DNA of 63,912 nucleotides, counting the filler, from Folioceros fuciformis (Eukaryota): the NCBI GenBank assembly GCA_049999805.1. It is 13 parts of 13 records of this genome, joined end to end, with 100 filler letters (N's around TTAATTAATTAA, not from the genome) between each part and the next. Parts side by side here need not be neighbours in the genome. Positions count along the whole stretch, not along the records: positions 49,636 to 51,377 come from JBNGIO010001325.1; positions 51,478 to 54,087 come from JBNGIO010001326.1; positions 54,188 to 61,202 come from JBNGIO010001327.1; positions 61,303 to 62,777 come from JBNGIO010001345.1; positions 62,878 to 63,912 come from JBNGIO010001491.1; 8 more parts are not named here. One strand, written 5' to 3'. Below are positions 50,351 through 62,936 of the stretch, piece by piece (position 1 is the stretch's first letter; every line of letters starts with the position of its first letter). The notes under the pieces were generated by a model, which made no database searches, had not been told where the DNA came from, and saw nothing but the letters and a program-made list of their open reading frames with translations. Both the position numbers and the translations under genes were made by a program.

Positions 50351-51046
50351 TCAGACGTAGGCTTCAGGCGTGAGTGGGTCGTCCATTCCATTACCATCAA
50401 TCAACAGTCTCACAATCTTGGTCTTGTGTCCCCTAAGCAGGGTGTAGGGCCTTGGGTTGTATGGTGCAGGCATGACCACATACTCTTCTTCATTCGGCGG
50501 AGGAAGTTTTACTGCATTTAGAGGCCCAACTGGTGAGAAATGATTGTAGGTGTAAGTGGGAGCATCGACTGAAGCAGTAGGAACAGGTGGTGGATGATTC
50601 GTTCAAGGAGCCTGTTCGCCAGTTGCCTGGAGCTGTCTTCTAAGGGTTGAGACCTCGTGGGTGAGAAGAGCCTCACGCTCTTCAATTTGATGCACCCTCC
50701 TCATCCAGTGCATACTGACGCGCATGACCTCTCGCGCAACCTGTCTCAACCACTTCGGAGCACGGCCGTGTCGCGGGCAAAGAGGTGTTTTGTCTAGACA
50801 CACACACCTCGGAACTTCAACAGAGGTGTTAGTCTTGCGAGGAGCTGAATGGGGAGCCAGACAAGCTGCAATGCTAGCAGGAGGCTTCTCAGCTGCAGCA
50901 AGCGGTGCTGGCTTGTGGTCAACTAAACCCTACAGCTGCTGCTCGCCTACAACTTCCTCTCCAAGCTCAAGCTTTGTATGTTAACAAGCCTTGTCCTCGT
51001 CTTCAGAGCTATCGAATGAAATCGGCTGGCGCGCAGTTCCCGACAT
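50351..51046 (-). pseudogene. Decayed antisense accessory ORF (232 codons, 3 internal stops) upstream of a PPT/3' LTR
   Basis: Single frame MSGTARQPISFDSSEDED...RCVCLDKTPLCPRHG...coiled coil IEEREALLTHEVSTLRRQL...EAYV*; internal stops TAA/TAG/TGA. Confidence 0.55.
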
Positions 51047-51286
51047 GGCTATGTTGCACACCATGTCCTCAAGAGTCGACGCCTTTAGGTATCCCTAGCT
51101 CACCACAGCAGTCAGTGCTCTGCTCTGCGATACTTGGCCTTTTGAAGATGAAGACTTGATGGCGGCATGCGAAAGTGGGAGTTGGAGCAATTTTGTGTGT
51201 TCCACGTTTCCTTGCTATCCTCGTGTTACTAATATGGACCACATTAAATAGGTTTAGCATGCTTATACAACTAAGAAGTATGCAAT

Positions 51287-51377
51287 GAGTGGGAGTGTTA
51301 AACAAGTAAATATTAGCTGTTAGTACATTGCCTATACTCTTAGGGTTGTACCTTAGGTAGTTAGGTTTATCATAGCA
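51287..51377 (+). mobile_element. PPT (GAGTGGGAG) and start of a 3' LTR (TGTTA at 51296), cut by gap
   Basis: Same PPT-LTR junction as copia A. Confidence 0.6.
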
Positions 51378-52171
51378 NNNNNNNNNNNNNNNNNNNNNNN
51401 NNNNNNNNNNNNNNNNNNNNNTTAATTAATTAANNNNNNNNNNNNNNNNNNNNNNNNNNNNNNNNNNNNNNNNNNNNTGAGTGTGCGCTCATGCACACTC
51501 TGTTGATGTAAATTCCAAGTCCTAAATCCAAACGACCGTGTGAGCATAGGCTTCCCGTAGCACCTGCAAAGCATTGTGTAAGGGCGCGATGCCCACAGCA
51601 GCCCTCCCAAACCAACCTGTGAGTGCGTGGGCTGCTGATCGTCACATCTAGGAGGATGCAAATTGTGAAATCCAAGTAAAGCATCCTCGTCGTTGTTGGA
51701 GGCGTTGGCCAGCCTGTGTGTGAAGAGCGTTATGCTGTTGAAACGCTGGTTGGGCTGTATGTTAACCACGCTTTGGTGTTAAAATTGAAGCTGCGCTTTG
51801 GTATTAAAATTGAAGTAGAAGGCGGAGTGGCATTTAAGAATATATGGACAATGCGGGTGGTGCTAGAGGTGGAAGGCCTGGTGTTTTGCCTATGGCAAAA
51901 TACAAGAGATATTTGAGAGATACGGTGAGGGACATACAGGGTGCGAAGATGATGGACCATCTCCGAAGCATTTATTGCTTCAGAGATTGAGGCTTCGATT
52001 CGGAAGCCTACACATCAATACCCGATGGAAGTTAATGTCTGCCACAGCCCGTGCGATCACGCAATGGTAAACCATGCTTGGATCACGCGATAATAAACCA
52101 TACGCTTATCAGCCTATAGAGTTTCCCAGTTACAATGAACTTAATGTGTTGAGAGCGGAAGGAACACTGGC

Positions 52172-52810
52172 TTTGAGAGCGCGTTCATCTTTTGTCTCGG
52201 TGTTTCCTCTAGAAGAGTTGATTGCTTGTTTATCATACCTCGATGGAAAGCTTACAACAAGGTGGACAATCCGGTGTGAAGCACGCCCGGTTTCAATGAA
52301 AGGTGATAGAGATATGAGCAAAGAAAGCCTTTGAAAGGCATGCCATCTATTTCACTACCCGCTTTGTCCAGATGAGTCAAATGCTTTCTTATCATACTTC
52401 AATGGAAAGCTTACAAGAAGACAGACAAGCCGATATGAAGCACGCTAGGTTCCGATGAAAGAAGACGGAGATATGAGCGAAAGACGTTTTTGAAAGGCAT
52501 GTCATCTTTTGTCTACCCGCTTTCTCCAAATGAGTCAAATGCTTTCTTATCAGTCTTTGATGGAAAGCTTACAACATGACAAACTTGTCGATGTGCAGCA
52601 TGCCTGGTTTCGATCAAAGATGAAGGAGATATGAACCGAAGAAGCTTTTGAAAGGCAGTTCGCATTTTGTCTACCCGCTGTCTCCAGAAGAGTCAAATGC
52701 TCCCCTATCATACATCGATGAAAAGTTTACAACGAGATGGACAAGCCGGTATGCAAGCTACTTCACTTTGATCAAGGGCAACAAAGCTACTACGGAAAGC
52801 TGTCTTTGAA
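52172..52810. repeat. Tandem repeat of about 158-159 bp, 4 copies
   Basis: tttgaaaggca...gatggaaagcttacaa...gagatatga recurring at about 52172, 52330, 52489, 52647. Confidence 0.88.
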
Positions 52811-54331
52811 ACAATGGTCACAGTTTCCAAGTCACAACTTTTTTCTTCTTCCTTAGCACTTCATCAAACCCTCTGGACATAGTGGCATCCACTACTTTGT
52901 CCATCAAGATGTGAGCAACATGAATCACCCGCTGATGCCCATGTGCCCATTTCGAATGGCTCTGAGAGGAGCACACCCACTCCAAATTTGCAGCTGAGAA
53001 GTGTCCAGGTTTAGGCAATTGCACCACGAATGGTGTATCCTGAGGCCGCTCCTCAAAATTTTTGCACTTGGTACGATCCATGTACACTAAGCTCAATCAA
53101 AGCTGCCCTTGACAAGTAGGATCATCGGCCTAATTTGAACCCCTTTGATCAGCGTAAGCGGAAACTTTGAACATAGCAGACGTGAATTTGGGCAATCGCT
53201 TGAATGAACATTAGGTTTAATGGTGGTTGCCACGAAGCTAGGTATTGTAAGCGTAATTGGTGCGTGGTTTACTATCGCATGATGCTCGCATCGCCACACC
53301 GCGCGGCATAGCCTGTTGGTGTACACAACGGGTTCAGCTCACGGAAGGAGGATGAGAACTGGTAAGGCCGCGCCGTTGGGCGAAACAGAATGGCATTTGG
53401 CAGGCGTCGTAAGGCCTGGTACAACCATACCACACGGGTTGTGGCAGGCATTAACTTCCGTCAGGTATCGATGTGTAGGCTGTGTAGGCGGTCCGGAATG
53501 GCCCCCTGGACTGCACCGAGAGATGATGGAGATATTGTATGTATATTAATTGTGGTAGGGCTACTTAAGGTGTTTCCATATTTTAGTATCAAGGAGAGTG
53601 GAAATCCGTCTACCCCAAAGAAATTGGGAACAACTGAACTCAACCTTCAAAGGGCACTCAAACCAGAGAGTAGCTCCCAAGCTGCTAACGAATCGAAAGA
53701 AACGAATTCGGATGATGTTTCTCTGGTCCATGTTCCGAAGGCCAAGCCAGGGGAATTAATAAATTGTATAATCTTATACATGGACAGAATGATGTTCAAA
53801 ATGAAATTATTGTTGTTTATTGAGTTGTTTCAGGAGCCAGGTTAAGATTCCGGTTACGGTGGTTTGAATCTTGATTTCTTATTGTGAACAGGGCTTACGT
53901 CGTGCTAAGATGTATTTCCATCCTGAAATAGACAAAACTTCCTTAAGCGAGAGCATTGAAGCCTGAGATTGTGAGGGATCCATATTTTGTGTGTGAATAG
54001 ACTACCGTTTGTTGCATGTAAACGTCGCGGCGGAGAGGGCGACCCGGCATGGCCAGGTGTCTTTTCAAGGCCAGCACAGTTCCCGACNNNNNNNNNNNNN
54101 NNNNNNNNNNNNNNNNNNNNNNNNNNNNNNNTTAATTAATTAANNNNNNNNNNNNNNNNNNNNNNNNNNNNNNNNNNNNNNNNNNNNATTTAAGAGGTTA
54201 GGCTCTGCAAGCTTCCACACAAGACGAGACACTGACAAATCAACATGGCATTGCTTGCGCCAGAATAGTTATATGATAATCATCAGCACAGCAGCTGCAG
54301 GCAAGGGAAGCACTCAGTGACTGTGACTCAC

Positions 54332-56230
54332 TTGAAGGCGACGAGAGACCATACAATCCCGACCAAACTTGCGTAAGTGTTCGGGTTGCGGATGAGCTTC
54401 TTCCAAGCCATAGTGAGGATGAGCTTGGCCATAACCTTGGGGGCCGGCATCACAGATGGCGTTCTCTCCAGTATCTTGGTTGTGGCAGCGACGATTGAGC
54501 TCGGGCCATGCTTGGAATTGCTGGCCATGTCCAGCGGGTCGTCGATGAAGAGATGCGATCTGTTTCCGAAGCTGAAATCTTTTACAAGCCACGGAAATTG
54601 TAAAAAAACAAGGCGCTCACACAAAGACGTTTGACCAGATGAAGCAGCAGAAGGAAGAGCAGCAAAGGTGTCAGCTTCTAACCAGGTCCAATTCCTGCCC
54701 CTCCTCCTGTTCCTGCCGTTAACGTTGCAGCTGCAAAGGGGTCTGGCGAGGACTTGACGAGCAGGTGCACCTCCTTGGGCTGCTCCAAGTCGTGCCGTCC
54801 ATGGTCGTCCCCGAAGACGTGCAATCCTGCCTCTGAAGCCGGAGACGCAGCAGCGCTCCAGACAAACATGTGAAGCTCCCTCCCATCCTGCTCCACCCTG
54901 GACTCCGGCTTGGGACTTGCGGAGGAGAGCCTGGGCTCACTCACGAGCGCAGCTGCAGCTGAAGATTTCCTGGCCGCCTGAGCAGCAGTTGCGGGTGATG
55001 ATCCATCGAAGGTCGGGGCAGGCCCGCAAATCAGTCCTCTTCCAAGCAGGGAATTGGGTCCCGGGGCATACAGAGCTGCAGGGTAGCGAGGGGAATGGCT
55101 CGAAGGGTGTAAGGAGGTCTTGGGGTGGTTGCAGATGTCCTCATTGGCGTTGGAAGTCCTGGGAGTGGGAGCTCGGGAGGAGTGGAGAGAGTAGGCATCG
55201 GAGGAGTTGAAGTTGGACTGCCTGGGGCTGGTGGCGGAATGCAATCGCCCCCCCGGGCCAGCTGTCATGGAGAAGAATTCGGCATGGGTGAAATTGGACT
55301 CCCTGGGGGTGAGGTTGACAGAGGAGTGCATGGAGTAGATGTCGATGCCGGAGAGGTTGGAAGGGCGCGGAGTGAGCGCCTTGGAGGAGGGCATGGACCG
55401 CATGTGCATGGATGTTCTGGGAGTGATAGTGTCGGACCTGGAGGAGACCGACCTCCTGACGTTCACCACAATTGTTCCATCCTCCTGCACCAGCGCCTCC
55501 GTGTCGATCGGCTCCCTCCCGTCGATGGAGAGCACGTCCGAGTCCACCTTGAAGTCCACGATGCTGGCAGCTGTGGCGTCTGGGAAGTTGGTCATGATGA
55601 GCACCTTGGCTGCGCGGTATTCGTAGAGGAAGAGCAGCAGCGTGTACCAGATGATGGACTGCATCACCACGAACTGCACCATCAAGGTGTCTGCGTGACC
55701 TCCGTACCTGCAAACACAGGCACCCGGATTCCACAGTCAGCGCATTGCAGCAAGAGCGGACTGCAGTGCCACAGCTATGACAATGCTATGTCACTCTGTC
55801 ACATTGAAGAGAATTCCGCAATCGGTGAGTCTGAAAGCAGAACTTCGAACTTGGCTTACATGGACTGGAGGAGCGGAATTCCCATGACCAGCGTGTTAGG
55901 CAGCGTGGCGAGCATGAAGATGGTGATGAGCCACTCCAAGCTACCCGCGGAGGAGAACCAGGCCCAGACCGCCAGGGCCAGGAGCACCACCAATTTCTGC
56001 ACCACATCCGCCACAATGTACTTGGAGTTCATGTGGTAGGGGTTGTTGCTGGCGATGAAGTGGAAGGAGAGCAGGGGCACGGCGAAGACGGCGACGAAGC
56101 GGTTGATCCCAGAGCACTGCTCGGGAGTGAGGATTTTCCACCATCGCACCGAGCCGTAGGCCAGGATCATGGCCACGTAGAGCGGGATGACAGCGCTGAG
56201 CACGGTGTAGAGGTCGTGGAGGGAAATCAT
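54332..56230 (-). CDS. PIN: Canonical long-loop PIN auxin efflux carrier, 3'-partial; exons 56230-55860, 55707-54683, 54578-54332
   Basis: [66 protein letters not shown]; loop TPRxS motifs and [36 protein letters not shown] introns in matching phases (intron 2 boundaries less certain). Confidence 0.95.
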
Positions 56231-59200
56231 GGTTGCTAGCAGCCTGCTACCAAAGCTTCCTTCCGGGGACTGCGGCGACACAGCAAATCCGATATGAATG
56301 AAGCTGGATTGTGAGCTTGCAGAGGTAGGCGCTCCTCCCTCCCTCAGGATGAAACGTCAGCCATCTCCGTGCGGGAGGCTCCGAGCAGCAGGATTGGCAG
56401 CACCGGTCGCCAACAGCCGCAGGTCGAAGGGACACATGTATGGCAGGCAGCACAAAGGATTCAAATTGGGAGGAGCGAGGGAGGGAGGCCCTGGGGGGGC
56501 AGACAGGGGAAACTCACAGCACGCAAGCAAGCAAGGCCCCCAGAGACTGGAAGTGGAAATGGAAGACAACGCAATGGAATGGAATAAAAGGAGAGGGTGA
56601 GGATGAGGGAGAGGGAGCGGTAGCGGGCAACCTTACTGCGATGCCGGGCAAAGGGGCAGGCAGGCCGCAGCAAGTTGAAGAGCTTGCGCTTTCAAGGTTC
56701 CCTCCCGCTGCCTTGCAGCAGGCTGTGCGCAGCAGTGGTGCCGTGCTGGCGTGCCTGTCAGATCCCGACAAGGACTGAGAGGAGAAGAGAGAGAGCGGGG
56801 ATTAGCATGGCTCAGGCGGCTGGGGCTCCCCGATCTGAGATTAGGGCGGACTAATGCAAGCAGAAACGAACAAGCGCACGGAATGTGCTTTTGGCTGGCG
56901 ACGGATAAATTTCTCCAGACAGGGCGGGCCCTCCTTGTCCTCCCTCCCGGCGACAAGTCCCTCCCACGGGGCTCGGGGCCCAGGAGTCCGAGACTAGGCC
57001 CAGGACCAGGCCCGATGCTTCAACTCTTCAACTTCAGGGACCCGCCACTAATGCCTCCAGGTACGACCACATACATATGCAAATACCATGTTACAACAAG
57101 CCACGCTCTGCAACCTCCCTATTCACGCACTTCAACATACGTATATAGTTCCACCCAAAACAAATTTTGGGTCTCGTTAGAGCTTGTCTCTTGGACTTGG
57201 ACTGGCTCATCTCAACAATAGCCTCCATTTCAGGATTTTATGGAGTACAATCCGGGATTTTATTCCATACCTTCAAATTTGTGTAGTGGGAGCTGCAAAG
57301 AGGGATCTGAGCACATGATGAAATATATTATAATGAAATATTATATTTTCATCTTTTGTTTCTACAGTTCTCCTACATGAGATGTATATTATGGAATATG
57401 CGTGAGGATGAGCCTCAAACTTAGAATCCTACTAGGAGACAAGATGATTTTGAGTGTACAAAACTTGCATATCTTGAGAATAAGAGCATTAGGAGAAGCC
57501 CATCACCCCATCATGGATCATTTGTGTGTATTGGAATATCAAATTCAAACAAGACAATAAAAATGAAGCACCCAACTCTCATGGGTTCAAAACTTTTGGG
57601 ATATGGTTGGTGCTGCACACCAAACTTGAGGTCTACTTGAAATTGGCCACTTCAAGTAATCCCCTCAACTTGCCATGTCCCTTGTTTGTTGTCCTAGCAT
57701 GGGCAACAAGGAATGGAGGATTGGGTAGGCTCTTAAAGCTTTGAACAAGAAGTAACGAACATATTATGACTATAAGCTTCTCATGTTGGCTTGCCCTAGT
57801 GCATTGAATTGTACTCTATTATCTTCTTCTGACAAGCACACTTGGCAAACAAATGGATCCAATAATTAAGAGAGGGTGAACATAAGTTGCAAATAAGTTG
57901 TAAGAAAGAAGTGCTACATTGATAGGTGAGGCTCCCAAGTGATACAAGGAGCAATATGCAATATCGGAAAAGAAGGTGACAACGTGGCTTGTATTGTGGT
58001 GGATGGCATGAAATCTTGAGCATAAACCCAGGAGGCTAAAGTGAAGGAGGAAGAAGAGGTAAAGAGTGGCTAGTCCATGAAGAAGACACCAAGCATGGTA
58101 CGATATTGTTGTTGTTTCTCAAATAAGGTTGAGAAGGTGGCACGCTTGGGAAACAATGGTGGCAGAAACTTGCTGGCTTTGAGCCCCCATTTGATTTGTC
58201 ATTGCTGCTATCTCTCCAATTTTGCTAGTACACCAGGTATGTCGATTCTGCCCGCACTCTTGTATAAGGGTTACATTATTCATAGCATTATGAAAGAGCA
58301 ATTCATATTATATAGTGGGTATTGGGGGCTCGGGGCACATGTAAGGAGGCCACGCAACGTAAGGCAGCCGGCAACGTACCATACCGACATACTGTAGACG
58401 CTCCGAATCCCCCCATGCAAGTTGCCGGCCATTAGTGTTGGAAGCATATCTAGGGTAGCATGGCAAGTCCAAGATACACAAGGGTATGGGGCGTGGAGGG
58501 GACCACTCTATCTACGTTGTACAGAAAGCAACAACAAGCGTCCAGGGGAATGCTCAGTTTTGGGAGACGTGCTTGAATATGGGATATCAGGCCCATGGTT
58601 GAGGAAAGAGGCTCCCTGTGGAAGACGGATTATTAGGCACCAAATATCGGTGACCATGGAAAGTGAGTGGTGGCACTGGGCTTGGCGTAAGCAACCACGG
58701 GTCTTGTGGAGTGCTGCTGCTGACTGCTCTGCCTCGTCGCTGCCTGTGCTCTCGAGATGGTCGTAGGCACTGGGCAGCAGGCTGTGGAGGTTGCCGAGGT
58801 GGGTGGGCAGTGACAGTAGGCAGCTGCAGCAGTGGGGAGTGGGCATGGCTTGGCGCTGTCCACTCCTGCCCCCCTTGTCCTGTTGCGTACACCTCTTGCT
58901 CGCAACAAGCCTCCAAAGGTGTAGTACTGCGTACTGGCCTGAGTCCGACCCCGCCTCCTCTAGAGTCCTCTGCTTTGTGCCTGCCTCTTTCTGGTTTGTG
59001 TGATTACGGCTACTGGCCGGTGGTGTCAGTTGTTTACACTATTCTCTGCTTCCGTAATTTGTACACTGCACAAGCCGCTCTCACCAGAGCTGAGTGGACC
59101 GGACGGTCCAGGAGGTGACGAGGGAGTAATGTGGTGCGTGTCAGTAGGTGCCCTGGGAGACTGGGAGCAGCAGTCAGAACCCTCGGACTCGAGAACGAAC

Positions 59201-61639
59201 GGCAACACTGGATGGGGATGGAAGCTACCTATAAACAGCCCACAAGACGCTCTTTGTCAGCATGTCAGTTTGATGAAGATGCTTTCACTACAGCCTTCAG
59301 GGTTTGCTGGCAGCTGCTGCGCATGCTATCGCTACGGCGCGCTCCCCCTTGGGCTGCTACATGTATCCACAGTGTCATGTATGTATCTGCATTCGATGAT
59401 GGAGGCCGAGCCCACCACCTCCTCTGCCACTTGTGCCAAATGCAGCCTACCATGGAACCAGCCAGCCAGCCAGCCAGCCTCCATACCCGGGGGGCGATCT
59501 CATCGATGAATAATGCCTTGGAATGTTGGACCTGTAGTCAGTGCTGCAGTGCTGCACATCCCATTCCACTGCACACTGTAGCCACTGCCACTACAACTCT
59601 GGCTTGCCCCTTCTCCCCGCGCGGACACCCACACAAAGATTCCTGATTCCCGACTCCCGACTCCCGACTCCCGCAATTTCGCCCTGCACTGCCCAACAAC
59701 ACTGCCTATCCATGTATGTACATACACGCGCACACGGTGGTGACCCGCGCATGCGCACCTCAGATAAGGTACATTCTGTGCACGCTCCCGGACAGGATCA
59801 CGACCGCCTTCACGCCTGGGCCCGGGTGCGCCCTCCCTCTCCATCAGTCACATGCCCTAGCCCTGGTCTTTGGACTTGGTGTGGACGCTAGCTACATCCC
59901 TCTCTGATTCTGGGAGGATCATGTGGGCACCTGCAGCCCGCTGATCGCATTCCTCTCTCACTCATGAACCAAGGGGCGCAATGCGCTGCACAACAGCTAC
60001 ATTACACGCCCTTGCTTTTCACAAAAGATTGATGGTGCCAGACAGCGGCAGCAACCAGCAACCGCAGACTCCGCACCCTCTCATACATACCCAGCTCATA
60101 CTCTGTTACAAGCTCATGAACATGTCGGAAGCTAGCCAGAAAACTCTCCCACCTTACTCATGAATGCCCAGATTCCGGTCTGCCACTACCTCCCACTGGC
60201 ACTCGTGACAAAGCCTGACCGGAGTCCGGACTCCGCATGGACGGAGAGAGGGAGCCTTCAAGAGGGCCGGGGCCCGGGCCCAGTCCTCATCACACTTCGC
60301 CTCAACCACAACCTCAACCTCTTCTGTGTGGACACTGGACTCCGCTACCACCGACGTTGACCACATGCATCAACCATCCACCGACTTCGCCCATTGCCAA
60401 GCTTCAAATCAAACCGTCCTTGAAACAGAAAGCGCAATGCCCTCCCTGCCCAGCTCGGATTCCAAATGCTCATCATGAATCCCCGCATTATTGTCTACTG
60501 TGGGTTGTTACATGTACAAGCGTCCCATAGGCCACCAAACCTGCTGCCACAGCACGGCAGAATGCCCATTAGACGGTCCCATCACACGACAGGACCACTG
60601 GCCTGCACCAATTGACGGAGATTTCTTGTGCGTGTAAGCATGTGCATACACGCACACTTTGATTCACTCTTCTCACCCTCGTCACACCCTCACTAGCTCA
60701 GCGATGCATTAATTTTTTCCTCCTTGACAAAGGGCAACGAATTCCACAGCACAGCGTGCCAACCGCTCATTCCCAATGACAGCCTTCGGTGGAAAATACA
60801 GTCTCGTCTCGTCTCGGAGAGGTGCAACCCACGAGATCTCACCTGGGAGTAGCCAGCCCTCTACTAGTCTTGTCACCTGTTCCACACCATACTACCAGTG
60901 CAGACGAACTACACGTCGTAGCAGCCGTATGCAAGAGCAGTGGACGTCAATTTTCTTAAGCAATTGGATACTTAGCTTCGGTCCAGACTCCAGCAAGTCA
61001 GAGAAAGGGAAGACCACGACGAGTGGAGTACGCTCACACCTCCGCGAGCTGGTGCGTACTCTGCCTACCCACCTCATCCACCCGTCGCCAATCGGCCAAA
61101 CAGCGTGTGTGAAGGCCGAGAACAGGTGAAGCAGACGTTTGTACAGACGCTTCTTGAAGAGAGGGAGTAACCGGGAGTGATCGATCAGGACAGGTGGACC
61201 TCNNNNNNNNNNNNNNNNNNNNNNNNNNNNNNNNNNNNNNNNNNNNTTAATTAATTAANNNNNNNNNNNNNNNNNNNNNNNNNNNNNNNNNNNNNNNNNN
61301 NNGGCTGTAAGTATGTATGTATTTATATATATACGAGTGTGTACGAAGTAAAAAAATATTTTTTTTATATTTTTAACTTGGTTTAATATTTATTATTTTA
61401 TGTGTCATTTTTCATTATTTTTCTTTATTTTATGATGGTCTTAAGCCCCAGAATCCTATAACTATCTATCTATCTTGGCAGTTTTTTTTGACACTTTCAT
61501 GTGGCTTGGGAAGGAGCATGTTACCACACTCAAATTGTAATAGGTTTTAGTAACTCTTGTACTTATTGTTGAAGGCTTTTGATCTAACGTGTGTTCTCTA
61601 TTTAGGTACGTTCTGCCATTTAGGTCCAAGATAGAATGG

Positions 61640-62760
61640 AAGACATTAAAAGTATCATGGGAGGATACGAGCCTCAAGATATTTTTAACATGGATGAAAC
61701 ACGGTTGTTCTATAGATTGTAACCAAACAAAACATTAGTAACAGAGGCTGAGTGGGAAGAAAACTCCAAAGGAAAGGCTAACTGTTGCTTTCACAGCCAA
61801 TATGGATGGTAGTTATAAATTACCACCCTTTGTGATCAACAAATTCTTGAGGCGCAAAGCTTTTACTAGTCGCAACATTGGACGAGTGGAGAATTTGGGT
61901 ATTCATTGGCCAGCAAACTTAAATGCCCGGATGTCGATGCCTTTATTTGAGCAATTTATTTTCTTTTTTTTATGCGAACATGAGAGTTAGGGGCCGTACT
62001 AATGTCTTGCTTCTTTGGATAATGCTCATGTTCATAAACTATCAGTTGAGACACAAAGTAGGCTTCAAATTATAAGGGTTGAATTTTTTCCTCCTAATCT
62101 TACGGCTTGTTACCATCTCATGGATGCAGGCATTATATAATCTTTTAAGGCCAATTAGAGGAAAAGGCTTGTTCAGCATCAAACCCAAGAGATTCAAAAT
62201 GGTAATTCTCCTCTTAGTGAGGTATATCATGTTGTGACTATGTTGGAAAAAGCTTAGTGTATCGATGTTAAAGGGAAAATCATTAGAAATTGTTGGAAAC
62301 ACTCTGGGTTATGATAGGAGAGCAAGTGCTAACACGTGTTGGATATAAACTTGAATCAGCTTAGTTTCGAGACATTGAATGCTAACAATGATGATGAGCA
62401 ACAGCAAGACAACCAAGCAACACGTGAAGATTTGTTCAATAGAGATTACGCAGAAATAAAAATGCTTCTTTGTCAGCTGAGGGATTTGGGACTTGAAACA
62501 ATAGGATTGACCCCTCCAATGTCCACACAAGAATTTGTTGATTATGAGGTGACAAATGTATGTGCTATCTTTTCTACTCCGGATGCCGATGATATATGGG
62601 CTTCCATTCAACCTCCACCCGAAAATGAAGTTATTGATGTTGAAAATTCTTTTGAAGAATATTATCAAGAAAGGCCTATTTTAGGTCATGCTCAAGTGCA
62701 AGATGCACTTGGGGGTGATACGCATGTTTTTTGAGCAACAACCAAATGACATGATGTCTA
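61640..62760 (+). pseudogene. pogo/Tigger-like (DDE_1, CENP-B-related) transposase remnant
   Basis: DIFNMDETRLFY, KERLTVAFTANMDGSYKLPPFVI, VLLLLDNAHVH, FFPPNLT....MDAGII*SFK, IIRNCWKHSG; stops and frameshifts. Confidence 0.9.
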
Positions 62761-62936
62761 CAATTAGGAATTTGCAANNNNNNNNNNNNNNNNNNNNNNN
62801 NNNNNNNNNNNNNNNNNNNNNTTAATTAATTAANNNNNNNNNNNNNNNNNNNNNNNNNNNNNNNNNNNNNNNNNNNNCTCTGTTTCAAGCCATAGATGCA
62901 TTTAAGCAGCTTTAGGACTTTGGTAGGGTTGTCAGG

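Noticed and set aside
55125-56039. 304-aa + strand ORF and other frames overlapping PIN
   Set aside because: Shadow ORFs of a GC3-rich coding sequence
56756-56770. TGTCAG-atc-CCGACA as a paired ARF site upstream of PIN
   Set aside because: 3-bp spacing does not fit the known IR7/8 ARF dimer geometry; single hexamers are too common
57500-61200. Short ORFs upstream of PIN
   Set aside because: No recognisable domain, exon chain or hairpin; treated as intergenic or regulatory
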